DNA from: Gemmatimonadaceae bacterium
GTDB taxonomy: Bacteria > Gemmatimonadota > Gemmatimonadetes > Gemmatimonadales > Gemmatimonadaceae
Length of the DNA: 21,824 bases
Reading direction: 5' to 3'
Assembly: GCA_044224875.1 (NCBI GenBank)
Contig: JBGAJQ010000083.1
Coordinates: forward strand, 1-21,824
Numbering within the stretch: position 1 is the first letter of the stretch; every line of letters starts with the position of its first letter. A program made the position numbers and the translations under genes. Below, one piece after another: positions 8,355 to 15,772 of the stretch. The notes below the pieces were generated by a model. The model made no database searches. It had not been told where the DNA came from and saw nothing but the letters and a program-made list of their open reading frames with translations.

Positions 8355-9565
8355 TAGCGGGGGCGCTCCTGATGGCACTTCAGGTCATCGACACGGCGAC
8401 CGCGGTCTCCGTTCGCGATGGCGACCGTGTCAACAAGGTGCCGATCGTCTTTACGCGAGCTGGCCGCATGCTCAACGCGGACGACCTTGGTCGCGCCTTG
8501 GGGACGCCGGTCCGGCGCCCCGCCAACGACCGGTTTGTGCTGACGGCTGCCGAAACTGAAATCGAATTCACCATCGGCGTACCGTTTGCCAAGGTCGGCC
8601 GCACGGTTACACCGTTAGGCACGGCGCCGGCCTCGGCGCAAGGCCGGCTGTTTGTCCCCATAGCCGTGGTGACTGACGTCCTGCCACGCGCCGTCGTGGG
8701 ATTCCTCTTCGACACGACGCGTACCGAACTGCGTCGCTTCCGGGGTGGCGCCGCGGTCCCGACGGCAAGCCCCTCAGCCGTTGCCGTTCCCAGTGTGGAC
8801 GTGAAGCCCAATGGCTCGCGAGTCGGCCCGAAAGCCGAGACGGTGGTCGTGGTCGACGCAGGCCACGGCGGGCCCGACCGCGGAATGAGCGGGCCCATTC
8901 GCGGGTCATTTCGGATCTACGAAGCGGACATCACCCTGCAAGTTGCCAAGCGGGTGCGCGACGCCCTGAAGTCTCGAGGAATCCGCGTAGTCATGACGCG
9001 CGACCGGGACACCCTCATCGCACTCCGCGATCGCGGCCGGCTGGCCAACCAGGCCAAGGGGAGTGTCTTTCTGTCGATCCACGTCAACGCCGCCAACCTC
9101 CGCTGGAAGCAGCCAGCCGAGGCGCGCGGATTCGAGACGTACTTTCTTGCCGAGGCGAAGACAGAGGATGAGCGCCGCGTCGAAGAACTGGAAAACGAGG
9201 CGACGAAATACGAGGCCGAGGCTGATGCAGAGGCTGGCGATCCGGTATCGTTCATCCTCAACGACATGAAACAGAACGAGCACTTACGCGAGTCGAGCGA
9301 TCTCGCGACTACCATGCAAACAGCCCTCCGGGCCGTGCATCCGGGCCCGAGCCGCGGGGTGAAGCAAGCGGGGTTTCGTGTGCTCGTGTCTGCGTACATG
9401 CCAGCGGTCCTGGTGGAGATCGGGTTCGGGACCAATGCGGCGGAAGCGAGATACATCGCGTCGCCGGACGGGCAGGGGAGTCTGGCCCGAGCCATCAGCG
9501 ATGCGACGGTCACGTACCTCGCCCAACTCGAGCGCCGCACCACTCCCGGGGGTACCGCGCAGTGA
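8351..9565 (+). CDS. N-acetylmuramoyl-L-alanine amidase (Amidase_3) with N-terminal extracytoplasmic domain
   Basis: VVVDAGHGGPD, catalytic E (YEAD), FLSIHVNA, RGFETYFL, MPAVLVEIGF. The RRVEELENE segment resembles the AmiA/B/C autoinhibitory helix. ATGA overlap with smpB. Confidence 0.9.
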   Translation: MIAGALLMALQVIDTATAVSVRDGDRVNKVPIVFTRAGRMLNADDLGRALGTPVRRPANDRFVLTAAETEIEFTIGVPFAKVGRTVTPLGTAPASAQGRLFVPIAVVTDVLPRAVVGFLFDTTRTELRRFRGGAAVPTASPSAVAVPSVDVKPNGSRVGPKAETVVVVDAGHGGPDRGMSGPIRGSFRIYEADITLQVAKRVRDALKSRGIRVVMTRDRDTLIALRDRGRLANQAKGSVFLSIHVNAANLRWKQPAEARGFETYFLAEAKTEDERRVEELENEATKYEAEADAEAGDPVSFILNDMKQNEHLRESSDLATTMQTALRAVHPGPSRGVKQAGFRVLVSAYMPAVLVEIGFGTNAAEARYIASPDGQGSLARAISDATVTYLAQLERRTTPGGTAQ

Positions 9566-10500
9566 AGGGTTCGACGGGGCTCACCGTGAACCTGGGCGAG
9601 GTGAACCTCCAGAATCCGATCATGTTGGCCGCGGGGACCGCTGGCTACGGCCGAGAGGTGTCGGGAGTGATCGACCTCGAGTCGTTAGGCGGCCGGGTGA
9701 CCAAGGCCGTGAGCGTGGAGCCCCGAAAGGGTGCGGCCGCTCCGCGAGTGGCCGAATTCGACGGCGGGATGATCAATGCCATCGGCTTGGCGAATCCCGG
9801 TGTCGACGCGGTGCGCGCTCAGGCGCTGCCGTGGCTGGCAGCGAATATCGCCAGCGCGCGGGTGCTGGTGAACGTGGTGGGCAGTCGCGTCGAGGACTAT
9901 GCGGCGGTGGTGAGTGCACTGCACGAGGCGCCGGGGAAACATGGATTTGAGCTGAACGTCTCCTGTCCCAATGTGAAGGCTGGCGGGATGGAGTTTGGAG
10001 CGGACCGCTCGGCGCTCGAGGGCGTCGTGAAGGGCGCACGGGCCAACACCACGCTCCCACTGTTCGTGAAGCTCTCGCCAACGCTCAGTGACATCGTGGG
10101 CGCGGCGCGAGTGGCGATGGATGCTGGGGCGACGGGAATCACTCTCACGAACACCCTTCCGGGGCTGGTCATCGACGTGGAACGACGACGGCCGGTGCTG
10201 GGGTTCGGGACTGGCGGCGTGAGTGGCGCTGCACTCTTGCCCGCCGCTGTGCTCGCGACCTGGAAGGTGTACAGCGCAACGAAGGCTCCCATCATCGGCG
10301 TCGGTGGTGTCGCCAATGCCACGGACGCCCTGCAGTTTCTGATGGCGGGTGCGCGCGCGGTCGCCATCGGTACGGCGGCTATGCGCGACCCTCGAATTCC
10401 CGAGCGTGTTGTCAGGGGCCTGGGCCAATGGATGGAACGGCACAGCGTCTCCTCGATCGAAACCATTATTGGATCCCTGGAATGGCCGGCACCCGCGTGA
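9562..10500 (+). CDS. pyrD: Dihydroorotate dehydrogenase, family 1 (1B-like catalytic subunit)
   Basis: NPIMLAAGT, MINAIGLANPG, ELNVSCPNV (catalytic Cys), VKLSP, GGVSG, IIGVGG, AIGTA. GTGA overlap upstream. Confidence 0.92.
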   Translation: MKGSTGLTVNLGEVNLQNPIMLAAGTAGYGREVSGVIDLESLGGRVTKAVSVEPRKGAAAPRVAEFDGGMINAIGLANPGVDAVRAQALPWLAANIASARVLVNVVGSRVEDYAAVVSALHEAPGKHGFELNVSCPNVKAGGMEFGADRSALEGVVKGARANTTLPLFVKLSPTLSDIVGAARVAMDAGATGITLTNTLPGLVIDVERRRPVLGFGTGGVSGAALLPAAVLATWKVYSATKAPIIGVGGVANATDALQFLMAGARAVAIGTAAMRDPRIPERVVRGLGQWMERHSVSSIETIIGSLEWPAPA

Positions 10501-11201
10501 CACCAGTCCCGATCGTCGCCCTGGACGTCTCCGACATCCACAATGCGTTGCTACTGACGGACGACCTCGGCGACACATGCTCCTTCTACAAGGTGGGTTC
10601 CGAGCTCTTCACCAGTGCCGGACGCGAGGTGGTCACGCGCATCCGTGACCGAGGATGCCGCGTCTTTCTCGACCTCAAGTTTCACGACATCCCAAACACC
10701 GTGCGGTCAGCGGCGCGGGCGGCCCGGGACCTGGGGGCGGATCTCATCACGGTCCACGCGGCAGGCGGGGCGGCGATGATCAGTGCCGCTGTGGAGGGTG
10801 CGTCCCCCGGGTGTCGCGTTCTGGCGGTGACTGTTTTGACGTCGCTGGATGTGGCCGCCCTGCAGTCAGCCTGGGGGCGGAATGACGTGGTGGTCGCCAC
10901 AGAGGTGGCACGACTCGCCACCACCGCCGCAGATGCGGGGGCCTATGGTGTCGTCTGCAGCGGTCACGAGGTGGAGGCGGTGCAGAAAGTCGCCGATGGG
11001 CGGTTGGCGACGTTGGTGCCTGGGATCCGGTTTTCTGACGGAGAGACGCATGACCAGCGTCGGATCGTGACTCCTGCCATGGCCGCAGAGCTGGGAGCGA
11101 CTTACCTCGTGGTGGGGCGCGCCGTGACTGGGGCTCGCAGTCCCAGGGAAGCGATGACGCGCCTGCGCGCTGAGCTGGAGAGCGCCGTGGAGGCGCGGTA
11201 G
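10497..11201 (+). CDS. pyrF: Orotidine-5'-phosphate decarboxylase
   Basis: IVALD, YKVG, FLDLKFHDIPNTV (DxKxxD), VTVLTS, VPGIR, DQRRIVTP, VVGRAV. GTG 10497 overlaps the pyrD TGA; ATG 10482 is an alternative. Confidence 0.95.
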   Translation: MTPVPIVALDVSDIHNALLLTDDLGDTCSFYKVGSELFTSAGREVVTRIRDRGCRVFLDLKFHDIPNTVRSAARAARDLGADLITVHAAGGAAMISAAVEGASPGCRVLAVTVLTSLDVAALQSAWGRNDVVVATEVARLATTAADAGAYGVVCSGHEVEAVQKVADGRLATLVPGIRFSDGETHDQRRIVTPAMAAELGATYLVVGRAVTGARSPREAMTRLRAELESAVEAR

Positions 11202-11245
11202 TCCAGAAAAGTCTCGCGAAACACGCAATTCACGGACCGGCTCCC

Positions 11246-11274
11246 TTGCATGAGTCGTCTAAGGCCTTTATCCT
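11246..11274 (+). promoter_or_regulatory. Sigma70-type promoter of the rpmJ-rpmB operon
   Basis: TTGCAT (11246-11251), 17 nt, TATCCT (11269-11274) in an AT-richer intergenic region, 45 nt before rpmJ. Confidence 0.65.
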
Positions 11275-11319
11275 AAAGGTCTTGGCCGAAATTCCTTAGT
11301 TTAGTCGGGAGCCAGACCT

Positions 11320-11436
11320 GTGAAAGTTCGAAGCAGCGTGAAGCCGATCTGCGAGCACTGCAAAGTGGTCAAGCGGGCCGGCGTGACACGCATCATCTGT
11401 AAGCGAAACCCTAAGCACAAGCAGCGCCAAGGGTAA
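11320..11436 (+). CDS. rpmJ: 50S ribosomal protein L36 (Zn-ribbon form); below the ORF-track cutoff
   Basis: GTG start with GGGAG SD at 11307-11311; [38 protein letters not shown]. Confidence 0.97.
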   Translation: MKVRSSVKPICEHCKVVKRAGVTRIICKRNPKHKQRQG

Positions 11437-11437
11437 C

Positions 11438-11815
11438 ATGGCACGAATTTCTGGAGTCGACCTCCCACGCGAGAAGCGGGTTGAGATCGGCCTAACGTAT
11501 GTCTTCGGCATCGGCCGGACGACCGCCAAGCGGATCCTCGAATCAACCGGTGTGAACCCGAACACTCGGGTGCGCGACCTGACGGACGCCGACGTGAATC
11601 GGCTGCGACAGGCGATTGAAAAGGATTATCGCGTGGAAGGTGCACTTCGCACCGAAGTCGCCATGAACATCAAGCGACTCATGGACATTGGTTCGTATCG
11701 CGGCATTCGCCATCGCCGCGGCCTCCCTGTGCGCGGGCAGCGAACGCACACGAATGCGCGCACCAAGAAGGGTCCGCGTCGCGCTATCGCCGGCAAAAAG
11801 AAGGTAACCAAGTAG
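11438..11815 (+). CDS. rpsM: 30S ribosomal protein S13
   Basis: [45 protein letters not shown]. Confidence 0.98.
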   Translation: MARISGVDLPREKRVEIGLTYVFGIGRTTAKRILESTGVNPNTRVRDLTDADVNRLRQAIEKDYRVEGALRTEVAMNIKRLMDIGSYRGIRHRRGLPVRGQRTHTNARTKKGPRRAIAGKKKVTK

Positions 11816-11818
11816 CGT

Positions 11819-12196
11819 ATGGCCACTGGAAAGAAATCGAAGCGCGTGATCGAGGCCGAAGGCATCGCACACATCAGCGCCACCTTCAACAACACCACGA
11901 TCACGATTACGGATATGCATGGCAATGCCGTGTCGTGGGGCTCGTCGGGTAAGGCGGGGTTCAAGGGATCCAAGAAGTCCACGCCATTCGCCGCCACTGT
12001 TGCAGCTGAGCAGTGCGCGCGTGATGCGCTGTCGCAGGGCGTGCGTCGGGTCCATGTCCGCGTTCAGGGTCCCGGCAGCGGCCGCGAGTCGGCCGTGCAG
12101 GCGCTGGCCTCGGCCGGGCTTCAGGTCAAGTCAATCAAGGACGTCACGCCGATCCCACACAACGGCTGCCGTCCTCCCAAGCGGCGGAGGGTCTAA
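11819..12196 (+). CDS. rpsK: 30S ribosomal protein S11
   Basis: [44 protein letters not shown]. Confidence 0.98.
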   Translation: MATGKKSKRVIEAEGIAHISATFNNTTITITDMHGNAVSWGSSGKAGFKGSKKSTPFAATVAAEQCARDALSQGVRRVHVRVQGPGSGRESAVQALASAGLQVKSIKDVTPIPHNGCRPPKRRRV

Positions 12197-12199
12197 GAC

Positions 12200-12832
12200 G
12201 TGCGCTACACCGGACCCGTTTGTCGCTTATGCCGTCGCGAAGGCACGAAGCTGTTCCTGAAGGGAACGAAGTGCTTCACCGAAAAGTGCCCCGTTGAGCG
12301 TCGCCCCTACGCACCGGGACAGCACGGTCAGTCGACCGCGCGCCGGCGCAAAGCGTCGGAATACGCCAAGCAGCTGCGCGAGAAGCAGAAGATCAAGCGC
12401 ATCTATGGGGTGAGCGAACAGCAATTCCGCAACACGTTCGAGAAGGTGTCCACCCAGGCCGGCATCACCGGTCACAACCTCTTGGCGGCGCTCGAGTGCC
12501 GGCTCGACAACCTCGTGTATCGGATGGGCTTCGCGCCCAGCCGCAACGCGGCCCGTCAGCTGATTCGGCATCGTCACATCGAGGTCAATCGGCACACCGT
12601 GGACATCCCGAGCTACCTGGTCGCTCCTGGTCAGGAAGTGAGGGTGCGAGAGAAGTCGCGAGAGGTCGGTCTCGTGCGCGATGCGCTCGACCAGTCGTCG
12701 CGCGGGCAGTCGCCCACGTGGCTGGCGGTCGACCGGGACACCTTCAGCGGACGCATGCTCGAGCGGCCGCAGCGGGCCAGTATTCCAATTGCGGCGCAGG
12801 AGCAGTTGGTCGTCGAGTTGTATTCGAAGTAG
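12200..12832 (+). CDS. rpsD: 30S ribosomal protein S4 (Cys-containing form)
   Basis: RYTGPVCRLCRREG, PGQHG, SEYAKQLREKQK, LECRLDNLVYRMGFA, EQLVVELYSK. Confidence 0.98.
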   Translation: MRYTGPVCRLCRREGTKLFLKGTKCFTEKCPVERRPYAPGQHGQSTARRRKASEYAKQLREKQKIKRIYGVSEQQFRNTFEKVSTQAGITGHNLLAALECRLDNLVYRMGFAPSRNAARQLIRHRHIEVNRHTVDIPSYLVAPGQEVRVREKSREVGLVRDALDQSSRGQSPTWLAVDRDTFSGRMLERPQRASIPIAAQEQLVVELYSK

Positions 12833-12835
12833 GGC

Positions 12836-12983
12836 GATGGCGCCGAGCGACGCCCACTCCGGTGGTGCGTCGCGGGCTACGGCCGTCGGCACAATCCGGT
12901 CGGGACCCTAACTCCCATACGAACCCACCGCGCGTTAGGGGCGGGGTGGGGCGTTGCCGAAGAGCGGCTTCGGCATGACCATC
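12836..12983 (+). ncRNA. Candidate structured cis-regulatory RNA between rpsD and rpoA
   Basis: Seven by-eye helices, two C(UNCG)G tetraloops and complementary 7-nt loops CCCTAAC/GTTAGGG. No family recognised; see findings. Confidence 0.55.
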
Positions 12984-12998
12984 TCTGGGAATCCGTTC

Positions 12999-14053
12999 AT
13001 GGCGAAAGCGATCGACTTAAAGGGACTTGTTCGCCCGCACCTCGTGGAGGTGCAGAAGCGAGACGACAACCCCAACGTTTCAGAATTCCGCCTGCAGCCG
13101 CTGGAACGCGGCTACGGCCACACCCTCGGCAATGCCATGCGACGCATGCTGCTCTCGTCGCTCCGTGGCGCTGCCGTCTGGGGTTTTCGCATCGATGGCG
13201 TGGTGCATGAGCACCAGACCATCGAGGGCAGTAGTGGAAGACGTCCACCAGATCATCGGAAACCTGAAGAATCTCGTCTTGCAGCTGTCGGACGATGTCG
13301 AGGAAGCGGTCCTTCGCATTGGCAAGTCCGACGCGGGCCCGTGACGGCGGGCGACATCGAAAACGGAACCGTTCGCGTCGGCGAACCAGGCCACCACATC
13401 TTCACGCTCGAGGACGACCGCGATATCAGCGTCGAACTGTACGTGAACAGGTCGCGACTACGTGGAGGCGGACCAGCACGTCGTCGACCGCGGGTTGCCG
13501 GTGGACCTCGTCCGAATGGATGCGCTGTACAATCCAGTCCGCCGCGTCAACTTCGCCGTTTCCGAGACGCGTGGTCGGTCAGCGGACTACGACAAGTTGA
13601 CCCTGACGGTGAACGAACAACACCATCTCGCCGAAGAAGCCGTCAGCTACGCAGCCGCGCTCGCGCACGCACTTCCAGTACTTCGCCAGCAAGCTCGCGT
13701 ACCTCGGCGCCCGTCTCGTTCGGTGGGATGCTCGAGAGCGGCGACGCCGCGCGATTGGCCTCGCTTTCAAGACGCCGATCGTGAACTGGACCTTCCGTCC
13801 GCTCTGTCAACTCCCTGAAGAATTCCAACATCAGAACGCTCGGCGATCTGGTTCGCCAAACGGAAAGCCAGATCCTGCAGGTCAAGAATTTCGGCAAGAA
13901 GTCACTGCACGAAATCGCCGACCTGCTCAGCGAAGATCTCCAACTTCGGCATGCGATACGAAGAGAACGGCGAAGGCGTGCGTATCCTCGACTGGGGGAA
14001 CGCCAGCCAGCCGGGCCGCAGCAATCGCGCCGGATGACGAAGAGGAGCAATAG
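12999..14053 (+). CDS. rpoA: RNA polymerase alpha subunit, frame broken by multiple indels (probably sequence errors)
   Basis: Pieces in different frames rebuild Rpo[56 protein letters not shown]; alpha[44 protein letters not shown] from ~13794; tail DDEEEQ* ending at 14053. Canonical position between rpsD and rplQ. Confidence 0.93.
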
Positions 14054-14056
14054 GCA

Positions 14057-14415
14057 ATGCGACATCGGAAGGCAGGCGCCAGCTCAGGCGCACGAGCAGG
14101 CAGAAGCTCGCCCTCATGCGCTCTCTCTGGCCGCGTCTCTCATCGAGCGGGGAGCGATTGAGACGACGGAAGCCAAAGGCAAAGGAGCTTCGCCCGTTCA
14201 TCGAAAAGCTCATCACCAAGGCGCGATCTGGAACGCTCCATGATCGCCGCCTTTTGGGACGCCACATTCAGAAGCGCGAAGTGGCGGACAAGCTGTTCCA
14301 GGAAATCGGGCCCCGCTACACCAAGCGCCCCGGCGGATATACGCGCATTCTCAAGACCGGCCACCGCAAGGGCGACGGAGCCGAGATGGCGCGCATTGAA
14401 CTGATTGGAGGCTGA
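14057..14415 (+). CDS. rplQ: 50S ribosomal protein L17, three indels in the 5' part (probably sequence errors)
   Basis: MRHRKAG / [16 protein letters not shown] / [17 protein letters not shown] / [15 protein letters not shown]...[26 protein letters not shown]. Net +2 nt: span is 359 = 119 codons + 2. Confidence 0.93.
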
Positions 14416-14419
14416 TCCG

Positions 14420-14638
14420 ATGGCCGTGAACCGAAGCCGCTGCCACGTATGCGGCAAGGGTGTGCAGTACGGGAACAACGTTTCGCACGCCAACAACAAG
14501 GTCCGGCGCACGTGGAAGCCGAATCTGCAGGTCGCCCGTGTGCTGGTCGACGGGAAGGCCACCAAGGTCAAGGTTTGTACGCGATGCTTGCACGCTGGAA
14601 AGGTGCAGCGTGCCCCGCGAGGCGCGCGCGTTGCGTAA
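14420..14638 (+). CDS. rpmB: 50S ribosomal protein L28 (Zn-ribbon form)
   Basis: [31 protein letters not shown]...VCTRCL; GGAGG SD at 14407-14411 inside the end of rplQ. Confidence 0.96.
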   Translation: MAVNRSRCHVCGKGVQYGNNVSHANNKVRRTWKPNLQVARVLVDGKATKVKVCTRCLHAGKVQRAPRGARVA

Positions 14639-14664
14639 GCGGCCCGTTGGGTCAAGAGCCTTTG

Positions 14665-14694
14665 AGAGGAGCGCTTCGGCGCTCCTCTTTTTTT
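14665..14694 (+). terminator. Rho-independent terminator of the ribosomal operon
   Basis: Perfect 10-bp stem AGAGGAGCGC/GCGCTCCTCT with C(UUCG)G loop, followed by six further T. Confidence 0.92.
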
Positions 14695-14800
14695 GTCCCC
14701 CGCACATCGAGCGGCAGCTCCCTGCAAAGAGCCGTGCGCGCTACCTTCCCCTCGTGCTGCAACGCCCGGATCGCCGAACCGATTGGGGAGGGAGAGCGCC

Positions 14801-15766
14801 GTGACGAAATCCGCGCTCATCACGGGCATTTCGGGGCAGGACGGCAGCTACCTCGCCGAACACTTGCTGGCGAAGGGATACCGCGTGACGGGGACCGTGC
14901 AAGACGCAGCGCGGCCTCGCCCAGGCTACTTCTCACGCATTGTCGACCGTATCGAACTGCACCAACTCGACGTTCGCGATCGCCAAGGCCTGCGCGACCT
15001 GCTACACCACGTTTCTCCGGCGGAGGTCTACCACCTGGCCGCCCAAAGTCGCGTCGGCGCATCATGGGATGACCCGGTAGGGACTGCAGACGTGACGGCC
15101 AGTGGTGCACTCTACCTGCTGGCGGCGGTGCGCGAATCGGCGCCTAACGCGCGCGTGCTCGTCGCGGGTTCGTGCGAAGTATACGGGCACGCCACGCAGG
15201 TTCCTCAGGATGAACGTACGCCACTGCAACCCACGTCGCCGTATGGCGTCGCCAAGGCGTTCGCCCAGGGAATGACCCGACTCTACCGCGACCAGTACGG
15301 GGTCCACGCGTCGACCGCGATCCTATTCAATCACGAAAGCCCGCGGCGCGCGCGGCAATTCGTATCGCAGAAGATCGCTTCGGGGGCGGTTGCCGTCGCG
15401 AAAGGAACCCAGAAAGAGTTGCGGCTCGGGAACACGCAGGTCGTTCGCGACTGGGGTTTTGCCGGCGATTACGTCGACGCGATGTGGCGCATGGTGCAGG
15501 CCGATTCCCCGGCGGACCTGGTGGTGGGGACGGGTGTTGGGCACTCGGTGTGGGAGCTCTGTCAGGTCGCCTTCCAGGCGGTCGGTCTGGTGGCCGAGGA
15601 GCATGTCACGATCGACGCTCAGCTGGTCCGGCAGGACGACGCACCGGCGCTGGTGGCCAATCCGGCCATGGCTAGGGCGCGCCTCCAGTGGTCGCCCACG
15701 GTAGATTTCCATGCACTTGTGCGGATGCTGGTCGCCGCCGCGCAGGACCCTTCGTCATCAGCCTAA
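14801..15766 (+). CDS. gmd: GDP-mannose 4,6-dehydratase
   Basis: ALITGISGQDGSYLAEHLL, EVYHLAAQS, S-x-E (GSCE), SPYGVAK (YxxxK), ILFNHESPRR, LRLGN...RDWGFAGDYV. GTG 14801 with GGAGGGAG SD. Confidence 0.85.
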   Translation: MTKSALITGISGQDGSYLAEHLLAKGYRVTGTVQDAARPRPGYFSRIVDRIELHQLDVRDRQGLRDLLHHVSPAEVYHLAAQSRVGASWDDPVGTADVTASGALYLLAAVRESAPNARVLVAGSCEVYGHATQVPQDERTPLQPTSPYGVAKAFAQGMTRLYRDQYGVHASTAILFNHESPRRARQFVSQKIASGAVAVAKGTQKELRLGNTQVVRDWGFAGDYVDAMWRMVQADSPADLVVGTGVGHSVWELCQVAFQAVGLVAEEHVTIDAQLVRQDDAPALVANPAMARARLQWSPTVDFHALVRMLVAAAQDPSSSA

Positions 15767-15772
15767 CGTTTC

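Noticed and set aside
12938..12951. G-quadruplex in GGGGCGGGGTGGGG
   Set aside because: Only three adjacent G tracts, and they are accounted for by pairing with CCCACCGCGC and CCCTAAC.
13229..14180. Programmed ribosomal frameshifting or true pseudogenisation of rpoA/rplQ
   Set aside because: Too many shifts in both directions, some removing conserved residues, in essential genes within an otherwise clean window; fits sequence error better.
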